From: an uncultured delta proteobacterium
Lineage (GTDB): Bacteria; Desulfobacterota; Binatia; UBA9968
Length of the DNA: 64,000 nt
Direction of reading: 5' to 3'
Assembly: GCA_963728565.1 (NCBI GenBank)
Contig: CAVSLC010000018.1
Coordinates: forward strand, 32,001 to 96,000
The position numbers and the translations under genes are program-made. The notes beneath the pieces are model-generated. The model had not been told where the DNA came from. It was given only the letters and a program-made list of their open reading frames with translations, and did not search any database. Below, one piece after another: positions 30,762-40,579 of the stretch (position 1 is the first letter of the stretch; the number at the start of each line of letters is the position of its first letter).

Positions 30762-31417
30762 AAAAAGATCGTGCGCAGCCGGACGATCTGAGCCACTTCG
30801 GCAGGCTGGCAGAATACAATCGCAAGCGTCACTTCGGTGTCACCCCGGAGCCCCAGGGCAAGCCCGGCCGGCCAAACAGGAAAACTTTAGAATTCGTCGT
30901 TCAAAAACACCGCGCCAGCCGGCTGCACTATGATTTTCGTTTAGAGCACGAGGGGGTCATGCTCTCATGGGCAGTGCCAAAGGGCCCATCCACCGATCCG
31001 GCGAACAAGCGATTTGCAATGCAAACCGAAGATCACCCGATGGAGTACAACCAATTTGAAGGCGTAATCCCGGAAGGGGAATACGGCGGCGGCACCGTAA
31101 TGATTTGGGACCGAGGCACGTGGGAGCCCGAAGTGGATGATGTCGAGAAGGCGCTCGCCAAAGGCGACCTGAAATTTAAACTTAACGGGAAGAAGCTGCG
31201 CGGCTCCTGGGTGCTCGTGCGCATGCGGCCAAGGCAGTGGTTGTTGATTAAGCACCGTGATACCGCCGCCTCTGAGGAGGACATCACAGACGCGAAACCC
31301 CGTTCCGCTGTATCTCGTCGAAGCCTAGCAGGAATCGCGCGCAAGGCGGGCGCAACTCCTCGACAGCTGGCGCAAGCAGAAGAAGCAGACCGATCTGCGT
31401 CAATACCAGCCGAATAA
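30758..31417 (+). CDS. Stand-alone LigD 3'-phosphoesterase (PE) domain protein
   Basis: FVVQKHRASRLHYDFRLE, SWAVPKGPS, TEDHP, YGGGTVMIWDRG, WLLIK. Confidence 0.92.
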   Translation: MKKDRAQPDDLSHFGRLAEYNRKRHFGVTPEPQGKPGRPNRKTLEFVVQKHRASRLHYDFRLEHEGVMLSWAVPKGPSTDPANKRFAMQTEDHPMEYNQFEGVIPEGEYGGGTVMIWDRGTWEPEVDDVEKALAKGDLKFKLNGKKLRGSWVLVRMRPRQWLLIKHRDTAASEEDITDAKPRSAVSRRSLAGIARKAGATPRQLAQAEEADRSASIPAE

Positions 31418-31523
31418 ACTGAAGGTTTCTTAGATTGAATGATGCGATCGCGTCGCGCACTCTAAACTGTACCTAGCGCGGGCTTTTACGGGGAGCTTAA
31501 TCAAGAACTAGCGGCGCGAGGCG

Positions 31524-32222
31524 TTACGATCTTAGATTGTCAGCGGCAAAACCTAAATCGCTGGTATCGTACTGTAGCAACAAATCCTCCGCATCGCGGT
31601 AAATTGCCACGCAGCCGGCGCGGCGCAGTTCCTCCTGGGTCCAGCCGCCGCACAGTAAGCCAATGGTTTTTATGTTTGCCTTGGAAGCAGCCTGCGCATC
31701 GTAGGGTGTGTCGCCGATCACGACGGCATTTTCGGGCGCTACGCCTTTTAAACGAGCCAGGGCCGCCTGGAAGATATCCGGGTACGGCTTGGATCTTTCG
31801 GCGTCATCGGACGAAGTTTCACTTTCGATCAGATCGTCGATTCGAGCAATTTTCTTGTACACGTCGAGTTCATCCGCCTTTGCGGAGGATGCCAGAACGA
31901 TTTGTTTGCCGTCTTTTTTTATTCGCTGGAACAATTCCCGCACTCTCGGAAATGCTCGTACGCGGGGCAGATAATCTTTTTTAAATATCTCACTACGGTA
32001 TTCGTCAAGATCTTCACCGAATTGATCCAGCTCTTCCTTCGAGAAAAAAACCGGCAGTAATTGGTCGGAGCCCTTACCGATTTGGCGGCGGATCTGATGA
32101 AATGGAAAAGTCTTGCCGAACTTTTCGAAAGCAACTCTCCACGCTTCGGCATGCAGATCGACCGAATCAACGATTGTGCCATCGACATCAAATATCACGG
32201 CTTGCAACATCATTTTTTTCAA
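31524..32222 (-). CDS. HAD family hydrolase/phosphatase
   Basis: FDVDGTIVDS, SKPYPD, IGDTPYD. Confidence 0.9.
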   Translation of the reverse strand: MKKMMLQAVIFDVDGTIVDSVDLHAEAWRVAFEKFGKTFPFHQIRRQIGKGSDQLLPVFFSKEELDQFGEDLDEYRSEIFKKDYLPRVRAFPRVRELFQRIKKDGKQIVLASSAKADELDVYKKIARIDDLIESETSSDDAERSKPYPDIFQAALARLKGVAPENAVVIGDTPYDAQAASKANIKTIGLLCGGWTQEELRRAGCVAIYRDAEDLLLQYDTSDLGFAADNLRS

Positions 32223-32308
32223 CTACGGTATGTGGTCCCGATGAGACACTTGCCTTCCACTTTGTGCCAGGAACGAAACAGGGAGCATAGCGAGTTGCAG
32301 CATTGAGA

Positions 32309-32343
32309 CAGACGAAGCAGCAAATATTCGGCTGCTTCGTCTG
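32309..32343. terminator. 13-bp stem hairpin downstream of the small peptide gene
   Basis: CAGACGAAGCAGC...GCTGCTTCGTCTG; no clear U-tract. Confidence 0.45.
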
Positions 32344-32359
32344 CCGAGCGTCCTTCAGG

Positions 32360-32437
32360 TCAGCGCAATCCTAAATAGCCCAAGATAAACAGCACTACGA
32401 CGATGACGCCGATGATATAGAAAATATTTCCAGGCAT
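32360..32437 (-). CDS. 25-aa single-TM microprotein MPGNIFYIIGVIVVVLFILGYLGLR (not in ORF track)
   Basis: AAGGAGG SD, hydrophobic helix, upstream sigma54 promoter, downstream hairpin. Confidence 0.8.
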   Translation of the reverse strand: MPGNIFYIIGVIVVVLFILGYLGLR

Positions 32438-32555
32438 GACGATCCTCCTTAGTAGTTGATTTTCCTGAACCCACTCCAGAGTTTTCCAAACTCTGCAGGC
32501 GAACGCAGGCAAAATAGTTGCGACAGATCCGAGACTACAAACGTGAACTGTTTGA

Positions 32556-32570
32556 GCAATTGATATGCCA
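32556..32570 (-). promoter_or_regulatory. sigma54 -24/-12 promoter
   Basis: TGGCAT-ATCAA-TTGC(T) on the minus strand. Confidence 0.75.
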
Positions 32571-32671
32571 CGAGCGAAAATACTATTCGCGATCTGAGCT
32601 GCATCGAGGCGAGTTCGCGATTAGACTGAAACCTGGAGTACCGCGTCTTTAGTTAAAAATAGCGCACGAAG

Positions 32672-34618
32672 TCAACTTTGATCGACGTTAGCGAGACTGA
32701 TGGCCTGCTTCGAGGCTGAACTCCATTCGGCAATCACAAGCGCGACCCCGAGAAGAATGCCGGCGGCATTCGCTCCGAGCCAAAGGGAAGTGGACGCGGA
32801 TGGAATCAGCAACAGCCCGGCCGCAATCATCAGCGCGCGTTTTATCCAGCCCAGCCGCTGGAAGAGATAACCCGCCACGCCGACGCTTAGGAAAATGACT
32901 CCGATGATCGCCGTGATGATCGCTGCGCCGACTTCTACTGGCGTACCTTTGAAGAGCAACGCCGGATGAAAGACAAAAACAAAGGGAACGATATAAGCGA
33001 CGATGCCCAGTCTCATGCCGGTCCAGCCGGATTTCCAAAAGTCGGCGCGCGCAATCGATGCCGCCGCGTAAGTCGCGATGCAGTCGGGCGGAGTAATCAG
33101 CGACAGCATCCCGAAGTAGAAGAAAAACAGGTGCGCGGCCAGCGGAGGGATGCCGACTTGTACAAGCGCCGGGCCGACCAGCACCGCAAGCATGATGTAG
33201 ACCACCGTCGTCGGCAGCGACATCCCGAGAACGATCGATACTACAGCCGTGAGAATCAAAAGAATCATCGTACTACCGCCGGCCGTGTTGACCAGCAGCA
33301 GCGCGAGCTTGAAGGTCAGACCGGAAAGTTGGAAGGCGCCGATGACCAAGCCCGCCAGCGCGGTCACCACGGCGATGTCCAAAAGTATTTTGCCGGTTTC
33401 TTCGATGCTGACGAGAATGCTCTTGAAGGTCGGCCGCGTTTCCTTTTGCAGCGCGCCGACGAGAAACGTCGCGATTACGGCCGCCATGCCGGCTTTGCCC
33501 GGCTCCCAAAAAGCGAACATGAGAGTGTAAACCAGCACAGCGAGCGGAACCAGAAAGACCCAACCTCGTTTGATCACGTCCCGGAGCCTGGGAATTTCGC
33601 TTTCCGGCATGCCGACGAGCCCCAGTTTAGCGGCTTCGAGATCGATCTGGGTGAACAGGGCGACATAGTAGAGACAGGCGGGGATGGCCGCGGCAAGGGC
33701 AACTTCGCCGTAAGATATGTTGAGGAACTCGGCCATGAGAAACGCCGCCACACCCATCACCGGCGGCATGATCTGGCCGCCGTTGGACGCCACCGCTTCA
33801 ATCGCTGCGGCAACATGCGGCGGATAACCGCTCTTTTTCATCATCGGGATGGTGATGGCGCCATCGACGACGACGTTCGCCACGGCGCTGCCGGACACTG
33901 TGCCGAAGAGAGTCGAGGAGACAACGGCAACTTTAGCAGTTCCGCCGCGAAAACGGCCCATGAGCACCAAAGCAATATCGGTAAGAAACTTATCGCCGCC
34001 GACCGCATACAGCGCTTGACCGAAAAAGATGAAAGCGACGATTACGCTGGCCGCCACATCCAACGGCAAGCCGAAGATGCCACTCGAATCTAAGTAAAGG
34101 TAACTGACGAGGCGTTGCCAGCTCGAGCCATTGGCGTTCAATATGCCGGGGAAGAGATAGGCGAATTTGGCGTAGAGAATAATCGGCACGGTGATCCACA
34201 CCAGCGCCCAGCCGACGACCCGGCGTGTCGCTTCGAGAATTAAAAGAATTGCCGTGCCGCCCAGTATCCAGCGCTCCGGCGAGAGAACTCCCAAGCGGTA
34301 CGCGATGACCGGGTACATGACTGTGACATACCCACCCACGGTCAAACCGGCGCTCGCCAGGACCCAGTCGTGCCAGGGGATCACATTGTCAGGATCGGAC
34401 GTGCGCGCTTTGACGTTGATAAAAATGCTCGCGAGCACGAGGGCGAAGAAGAGCCCGAGATATTGTTCCTTAAAAAATGTCCACGAGAATGTGTCGTGAA
34501 TCTCGAGCGCCCAGAGCGCGCCCAAAAGGGTCAGGGCACAAAGCAGCAGCCGCGCCAACTTCGCCGGCGCTCCGGTGAGAGACCTGAATCTGGTTGTCGG
34601 CGCGAGGTCGTCACTCAT
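32672..34618 (-). CDS. TRAP transporter fused permease (TAXI-type 4TM/12TM)
   Basis: GTVSGSAVANV, IEAVASNGGQIMPPVMG, ITPP. Confidence 0.93.
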   Translation of the reverse strand: MSDDLAPTTRFRSLTGAPAKLARLLLCALTLLGALWALEIHDTFSWTFFKEQYLGLFFALVLASIFINVKARTSDPDNVIPWHDWVLASAGLTVGGYVTVMYPVIAYRLGVLSPERWILGGTAILLILEATRRVVGWALVWITVPIILYAKFAYLFPGILNANGSSWQRLVSYLYLDSSGIFGLPLDVAASVIVAFIFFGQALYAVGGDKFLTDIALVLMGRFRGGTAKVAVVSSTLFGTVSGSAVANVVVDGAITIPMMKKSGYPPHVAAAIEAVASNGGQIMPPVMGVAAFLMAEFLNISYGEVALAAAIPACLYYVALFTQIDLEAAKLGLVGMPESEIPRLRDVIKRGWVFLVPLAVLVYTLMFAFWEPGKAGMAAVIATFLVGALQKETRPTFKSILVSIEETGKILLDIAVVTALAGLVIGAFQLSGLTFKLALLLVNTAGGSTMILLILTAVVSIVLGMSLPTTVVYIMLAVLVGPALVQVGIPPLAAHLFFFYFGMLSLITPPDCIATYAAASIARADFWKSGWTGMRLGIVAYIVPFVFVFHPALLFKGTPVEVGAAIITAIIGVIFLSVGVAGYLFQRLGWIKRALMIAAGLLLIPSASTSLWLGANAAGILLGVALVIAEWSSASKQAISLANVDQS

Positions 34619-34796
34619 TTGGATCGCTTAAACCGGATTGCGCAATCAAAAGTAATCCAGTGATCGAGCGGTGAGCCCTCCGGAGCAAAGGCACAGACGC
34701 GGGGACTTTCTGCGCCTGGGCCGGCGCCGATACAAGCAAAAACGTCGCGATGCCGACAGCCATGAAAAAATCGCGAATGTCACCTCCCGTACCCAC
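34611..34796 (-). pseudogene. Possible N-terminal remnant of a second TAXI receptor
   Basis: Signal-like VGIATFLLVSAPAQA-QKVPASV resembles the neighbour's VANA-QQLPKSA, then degenerates. Confidence 0.35.
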
Positions 34797-34850
34797 AAAA
34801 TTCCTTGCGTTGTTGTTTTAGGATCCTCAGTTTGCCGAACTGCGAACTTT

Positions 34851-35888
34851 TTAGTTTAGAGACAGCAGCTTTTTCTGCACCTCATCCATTTTCGCCGGCC
34901 ATGCGTCGTTCTCTTTGAAGAAGCGAATCGCGGCCGGGTGATACGGCATGGTGACTTCCGCGTCGACCGCCCGCGTCTTGGTCCACTCCGCGAAACCGGG
35001 ATGAAACTGCGGAAGCTTTTCGACGTTGACCCAGATTGCTTGCAGGGCGGAGCGCACGAAGACGTCGGGCAGCGCCTTGTGACCGACAAGGTAAATGTCG
35101 TACGTGTAAGCGCAAGTGTCTTCGACGATGCCGGTTGAGGAACCCGCTTTGACGACGGAGAGATAATACCCCGGCACAGCTTTTTTGATCCGCTCTTCGC
35201 CTTGCCTGGAGCAGTCGAGCGGAATATAACGGATTCCCACGGAAGCGTCCGCCTCCCGTACTTTCGCGGAGCCAATGGCATGGGTGGTCACGTCGGCGCG
35301 TCCCTGAACGAGAGCGTCGACGCCTTCGTTCACCGCCGGAACCGGGACCACCTTCACATCCTTCCATGTCAAACCCGCGTTGGCGAGTGAACCGAACACA
35401 TTGTACCAGACGGCAAGCTGCGCCGGATATTCACCGGTCACCCGTCTACCTTTGACTTCACGAATGGTCTTTATCGGCGAGTCCTTTTTGACGATCAAGC
35501 TGCTGCGCAACGGCGAGCCTCGCATGATCAGCCGAGAATTGGGCGTGTGCGGGAACGGATTTCTGCCGCCGATCTGCAAACGCTTCGGTCCCTGGTAGGC
35601 GAGACCCATGTCGACCGCGTTGACGACGCCTAGGTCCAGTTCACCGGAATCGAGCAAGGGTAAAAATGTACTGGTGCCGGAGTAGGGCTGAACTTGGGTT
35701 TGAACGCTGGTTGAATCGCTGATCACCTTGGCTAGGCCGCTAGCCAACGCATAAAACAGCGACCCTGGCGGGTTGGAACCGATGGCTGCGGATTTAGGAA
35801 GCTGTTGGGCGTTCGCTACGCCACCGAGAAGCACGAGCGCTAATAACGTGGTCATTAAGAACCGATATAGATTCAGTTGGGCATTCAT
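34851..35888 (-). CDS. TAXI family TRAP solute receptor
   Basis: IGSNPPGSLFY, PYHPAAIRFFKE; SD AAGGAGG before ATG 35888. Confidence 0.9.
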   Translation of the reverse strand: MNAQLNLYRFLMTTLLALVLLGGVANAQQLPKSAAIGSNPPGSLFYALASGLAKVISDSTSVQTQVQPYSGTSTFLPLLDSGELDLGVVNAVDMGLAYQGPKRLQIGGRNPFPHTPNSRLIMRGSPLRSSLIVKKDSPIKTIREVKGRRVTGEYPAQLAVWYNVFGSLANAGLTWKDVKVVPVPAVNEGVDALVQGRADVTTHAIGSAKVREADASVGIRYIPLDCSRQGEERIKKAVPGYYLSVVKAGSSTGIVEDTCAYTYDIYLVGHKALPDVFVRSALQAIWVNVEKLPQFHPGFAEWTKTRAVDAEVTMPYHPAAIRFFKENDAWPAKMDEVQKKLLSLN

Positions 35889-35998
35889 CGCCAATAATCC
35901 TCCTTCGCTGCCGCTAATCCGACTGGAGCGTTTTGCCATGCCGGATAAAATTTCACATCAGCATTTCTTGTGTTCCGCCAGCGAATTTATTTGCCGCC

Positions 35999-37024
35999 TT
36001 ATTTCGCTTCGGGGATCTCCACCTTGCCCATGCGCTTGATGGCGTCGGCGAGCATCTTGGCATCCTTGTCCCAGAATTTTTGAAACTCGGGCGCATCAAG
36101 ATAGGCGATGGGCGTCTCTAATTTTTCCATGGCCGATTTGAACTCGGTTGTGTTCACCGCCTGCTTAACGGTATCGCGAATTGTTTTCATCACGGCAGCC
36201 GGCGTTCCTCTTGGGGCAAACAGTCCGGCCCAGATGTAAAATTCGACATCATATCCAAGCTCCTTGAAAGTCGGCACATCAGGAAGGGAATCGACCCTCT
36301 TCGCGCCCCATCCGGCCAGCGGTCGCAGCTTGCCTGCCTTGATGTGTGGGATCACCACTGCCGGACCTGAGGCGAGGGTGTCGACATGTCCTCCGAGAAT
36401 CGCCGTGAGCGCCGGCCCCGCTCCGGCATAAGGAACGTGCTTCAATTTGATGCCCGCGGAATGAGAGAGCATCTCCATCGCCATGTGCAGCGTCCCGTAC
36501 ACACCAGAGGAAGAGAAAGAAATATCCGCCGGCCGTTTTTTGGCATCTTCGATAAATTCTTTAACGTCTTTCCACGGTCGACTCGCGCTCACGACGAAAA
36601 TCGTCGGATCAGCGGAAATCAACGCAATCGGAATGAGCTGGTCCATGGTATAAGCGGGTTTGCGGTCGAAGAGCTTATCCGCCTCTGGAATGATGGAAAT
36701 GCTGGAGAGAGCCATGAGCAGGTTGTATCCGTCAGGCTTGCTATTGCCGACGAAAGACATTCCGACAGCGCCAGCCGCTCCAGTCTTGTTCACGACCACC
36801 ACCGGGGTTTTCAAAACCTTCTCCATCGCGGCGGCAACCGGCCGAGCCGTCAGATCGGCAACCCCCCCGGGAGGGAATGGAGCTACGATGGTGATCGGAC
36901 GGTTCGGGTATTTCTCCTGGCTCGGCGATTCAACCGTCAGAGCGAAGAACTGAACCACCAAAACTGACAGAAAGTGAACCCAGCGCGACCGCGGCAGAAT
37001 AGCTGGACTATGGTTGTTTGTCAT
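35999..37024 (-). CDS. tctC: Tripartite tricarboxylate transporter binding protein (Bug/TctC)
   Basis: YPNRPITIVAPFPPGG, HVPYAGAGPA, LPDVPTFKELG. Confidence 0.93.
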   Translation of the reverse strand: MTNNHSPAILPRSRWVHFLSVLVVQFFALTVESPSQEKYPNRPITIVAPFPPGGVADLTARPVAAAMEKVLKTPVVVVNKTGAAGAVGMSFVGNSKPDGYNLLMALSSISIIPEADKLFDRKPAYTMDQLIPIALISADPTIFVVSASRPWKDVKEFIEDAKKRPADISFSSSGVYGTLHMAMEMLSHSAGIKLKHVPYAGAGPALTAILGGHVDTLASGPAVVIPHIKAGKLRPLAGWGAKRVDSLPDVPTFKELGYDVEFYIWAGLFAPRGTPAAVMKTIRDTVKQAVNTTEFKSAMEKLETPIAYLDAPEFQKFWDKDAKMLADAIKRMGKVEIPEAK

Positions 37025-37047
37025 TGTTCACCTCCCAGAGACGATAT

Positions 37048-38586
37048 TCAGGTGCTGTCCTTTGCCGCTAATCCAAGCCGCTGGCGCCAATCCAGCCGCT
37101 TCATAAGAAACGGACGGGCGGCTAATAAGAGCAGCGACAGTCCAACGATAAGCATCACCAAGGCAATCGGCCGCTTAAGAAAGATAGCGTAGCTGCCAGA
37201 CGACATCGCCAGCGACTGACGAAAGCTCATCTCCATCAGCGGCGCCAGGATAAGTCCCAATACTACCGGCGCGGTGTCGAAGTCAAATTTGCGCAACATG
37301 TAACCGAGCGCGCCCATCACTGTCATGATCCCGATATCGACGACGCTGCCATTGACCGCATAGACACCGATAAGACAAAAAATGAGAATTGCCGGATACA
37401 GAAGCGGATATGGAATTCTTAAAACACTGACAAAAATCCCGACCAGCGGCAGATTCAAGATCAAGAGCACTAAATTGCCAACGTACATGCTGGCGATGAA
37501 ACCCCAGAAGAGCTCCGGTTGCTGGGCGATCAAAAGAGGACCCGGCGAAATACCATGCACCATCATCGCGGCAATCATCACGGCCGGGATCGGCCCGGAA
37601 GGCACACCCAAGGCGAGCATCGGAACGAAGGCTCCTGATGTCGCCGCATTGTTGGCCGATTCCGGTCCGGCTACTCCCTCGATGGCGCCATGACCGAAGC
37701 GCTCAGGATGTTTGGAAAGGCGCCGCTCCATCGCGTACGAGACGAACGAGGCGATAATGTGCGCCGAGCCCGGTATGATGCCGATCAAAAAACCCAAGAC
37801 GGTCCCTCTACCAAGCGGCCAGAATGAATCGCGCCATTCGGCGCGCGAGGGGAGAAGCTCACGCAGCCGGGGCTGCTTCACTCGGGGCGTGGACGGTTGT
37901 CCTGCGGTCAGCAAAATTTCTGAGATGCCAAACAGCCCGACTGCGACTGGAACAACCCCGATGCCGTCACCCAGCTCGATCAATCCATAGCTAAAACGAA
38001 TGAATCCGGTCATCGGATCGATGCCGATCATGCCGAGAAGCAACCCCAAGGTTGCCATAGCCAGCGACTTGAGCATGGAGCCGCCGCTCATGTATGCCAA
38101 AGCCAAGAGGCCGAGAAGTAGAAGGGCGAAATATTCCGGCGGTCCGAAGCGGAGCGCAAAGCTCGCTAAAGGCGGCGCCAAAAGCATGAGACCGACGATG
38201 CTGGCGGTACCGGCTATATAGGAAGCCACCGCAGCAATGGCCAAAGCGGCGCCGGCCCGGCCTTTGCGCGTCATCTCATAACCGTCGATACAGGTCATGA
38301 CCGACGCTGCTTCACCCGGGATGCGCATCAGTATCGAAGTGGTGGATCCACCGTACATGGCTCCGTAGTAGATCCCCGCCAGAAGCACTATCGCGGAAGT
38401 GGCATCGAGACCGAACGATACAGGCAGGAGCAAACTGATTCCGGCAAGCGGACCCACGCCCGGCAAGACGCCTACGAGCGTTCCAATGACGCAGCCGACA
38501 AAGGCGTAGAATAGGACGTTGGGCGCAAGCGCGACTGAAAAGCCGACATAAAGGTTATGCAGAGTTTCAGTCATGGACGTTATCAA
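37048..38586 (-). CDS. tctA: Tripartite tricarboxylate transporter large permease
   Basis: GVLPGVG, YGAMYGGS, PESANNA. Confidence 0.95.
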   Translation of the reverse strand: MITSMTETLHNLYVGFSVALAPNVLFYAFVGCVIGTLVGVLPGVGPLAGISLLLPVSFGLDATSAIVLLAGIYYGAMYGGSTTSILMRIPGEAASVMTCIDGYEMTRKGRAGAALAIAAVASYIAGTASIVGLMLLAPPLASFALRFGPPEYFALLLLGLLALAYMSGGSMLKSLAMATLGLLLGMIGIDPMTGFIRFSYGLIELGDGIGVVPVAVGLFGISEILLTAGQPSTPRVKQPRLRELLPSRAEWRDSFWPLGRGTVLGFLIGIIPGSAHIIASFVSYAMERRLSKHPERFGHGAIEGVAGPESANNAATSGAFVPMLALGVPSGPIPAVMIAAMMVHGISPGPLLIAQQPELFWGFIASMYVGNLVLLILNLPLVGIFVSVLRIPYPLLYPAILIFCLIGVYAVNGSVVDIGIMTVMGALGYMLRKFDFDTAPVVLGLILAPLMEMSFRQSLAMSSGSYAIFLKRPIALVMLIVGLSLLLLAARPFLMKRLDWRQRLGLAAKDST

Positions 38587-38857
38587 CTCACTTCACCAGT
38601 CTCTATCTGGCGGCTTGAAGAAGTTGAACCTGGAGGCCTCACTTCGAAGTGACACTGCGATCGAAGGCATTTTGGAGCAAACGCGACACCTCTTCGAGCG
38701 ATCGCGGCCTGCGACTGTGCAAAAATATCGTCGCTCCACGGTCAAGCACCACGAACCGTATTGGATTGTTTCCCTTCAGGCTCCCCTCGATGGTGTAAGT
38801 ATTTCTTTTTCTCCTGCGGAATTCGAGTTTGAATCGTCACGCAAGGTGAACTCCCCT

Positions 38858-39298
38858 TCAGAATCCGAATGGCCCTTGAGGCAGAGGCACCCGCAGGACG
38901 GTATAGAAAAGGAAGAAGGAACCGAAAGACAACGTAAAGGCAAAAGATAAAGACACTATCCAACTGCGCTGCTCCAGTAGTTTAACCAGAAAGCCCAACA
39001 CGAGCAGCACAGTGAGGCGGTAACCAAGACGCTCAATGGCGAAAACGGAGAAGAGGGATGCCGCCAAAATCGCCACGGCATGACGCCACTCGGTCCAGGT
39101 AATGGATGATAATGACGGAGCGCGATTGCTGGTGAGCACAAGGAATACCGCGAACATCAGAAGTAGCAAAGCCAGCAGTATCGGAACGAAGGCGGGGCCG
39201 GGTTGGCGTAACGTTCCGAGCGGAAGCTGACGGCTCTCCCATATTACTAGAAGAGCGAAAATGATAAGGGCGATTGCCGAGGCCCGGTCGGTTGTCAT
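38858..39298 (-). CDS. tctB: Tripartite tricarboxylate transporter small permease
   Basis: PGPAFVP, ~4-5 TM, LRVPLP; position upstream of tctA. Confidence 0.88.
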   Translation of the reverse strand: MTTDRASAIALIIFALLVIWESRQLPLGTLRQPGPAFVPILLALLLLMFAVFLVLTSNRAPSLSSITWTEWRHAVAILAASLFSVFAIERLGYRLTVLLVLGFLVKLLEQRSWIVSLSFAFTLSFGSFFLFYTVLRVPLPQGPFGF

Positions 39299-39341
39299 AG
39301 CGGCGCGATCTTAACCAGCCGACTACGGTACGAAATTCCGT

Positions 39342-40496
39342 CTACCTTCCCCACAAATGTTTTGTCGCGATGCGCGCGCCTTCGGCCATCGCTTCGAATT
39401 TCGCCCACGCAATCTGCGCATCGCCGACGCGAGGCCCGAGGCCGCAGTCGGTGCCCGCCATCACGTTCTCACGACCAACAATCCTGGCATAACGCATCAA
39501 GCGTTCGGCGATCACTTCCGGGTGCTCGACGATATCGGTGGCATGGCCAACTACGCCGGGCACGATGACTTTGCCCTGCGGAAATTTCACATCCTCCCAC
39601 ACGCGCCACTCGTGCTCGTGGCGTGGGTTGGACGCCTCGATTGAGTAGGTGTTGGCGTTGACTTTAAGAATGATGTCGACGATATCCCGCAGCGGAATAT
39701 CGAACTTGTGCGGGCCATGATAACTGCCCCAGCAGGTATGGAAACGAACTTTCTCCGGCGGGATATCTCTCAAGCCGTGATTGAGCGCATCGACGCGCAG
39801 TTCGGCGTAACGGCGATATTCCGGCACCGACATTTGCGACATGAACTGCCAGCCGTCGGGCAGATCCGGATCGTCGATTTGCAGCAAAAATCCGGCATCG
39901 ACAATTGCCTTGTACTCCTCGTGCATCGCATCGGCGATAGCGGCCAGATACGATTCATCGTCGGGATAATAGTCGTTCTTCATCCAGTGCTCGATGGTGC
40001 CGGGCGCGATCGCCGGAAGAAAAGCTTCTTCGAAGGATTGTCCTTGCAGGCCCGTTTTGAAGTCCTCGATCTCGGCTTGAAGCGAGGCATGACCGACGTA
40101 TTTCAGCGGGCCATTGCAGAAGACTCTCTTGACGTTTTCGCCGCGAATGCCGCCCATGCGCCTGCGGAAATAATCGCCGAACTCGACCATGTCCCGAGCG
40201 AAGATCGAAGAAACGTGATCTTCCGGTTTCGCTTCACGCTCGATGAAGCCGCTCAGGCGCTCCCGGGCGTAGCGCGAAAAGTTGGACTTGCCGAGTTCGC
40301 CATCGTTGATGATATCGAGGCCGCAAGCCAACTGTTTCTTAATCACTTCGGCGACCGATTGGCGCACCCGCTGAGCGAAAGCGGCCTCATCGATGAGCTG
40401 GCCGCTGATTTTTGCTGTGTGCATCTGCTTGAGATCGTCGGGTTGGGGCAAGGCTCCGGCGTGGGTGGTCAGTATTCGGTCAGTGCTGAATTTCAT
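39342..40496 (-). CDS. Cobalamin-independent methionine synthase II-like (single-barrel MetE family)
   Basis: ILTTHAGALP, INDGE, LQIDDP, HTCWG and TDCG zinc motifs. Confidence 0.88.
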   Translation of the reverse strand: MKFSTDRILTTHAGALPQPDDLKQMHTAKISGQLIDEAAFAQRVRQSVAEVIKKQLACGLDIINDGELGKSNFSRYARERLSGFIEREAKPEDHVSSIFARDMVEFGDYFRRRMGGIRGENVKRVFCNGPLKYVGHASLQAEIEDFKTGLQGQSFEEAFLPAIAPGTIEHWMKNDYYPDDESYLAAIADAMHEEYKAIVDAGFLLQIDDPDLPDGWQFMSQMSVPEYRRYAELRVDALNHGLRDIPPEKVRFHTCWGSYHGPHKFDIPLRDIVDIILKVNANTYSIEASNPRHEHEWRVWEDVKFPQGKVIVPGVVGHATDIVEHPEVIAERLMRYARIVGRENVMAGTDCGLGPRVGDAQIAWAKFEAMAEGARIATKHLWGR

Positions 40497-40513
40497 TATT
40501 CCTCCGAATGATC

Positions 40514-40546
40514 ATTCAGGCCGTTCAAAATGTTGAAGTGGTTCAA
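40514..40546. repeat. Degenerate 9-bp-period GTTCAA repeat
   Basis: attcaggcc gttcaaaat gttgaagtg gttcaa; same unit as 45877-46014. Confidence 0.55.
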
Positions 40547-40579
40547 TCCGTCAGAAGTTATATTTTTGTCTGCGTTCCC

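Noticed and set aside
32966-34093. Long antisense ORFs (e.g. 32966-34093, 39708-40511, 45927-46853)
   Set aside because: Shadow frames opposite well-supported genes, expected in GC-rich DNA
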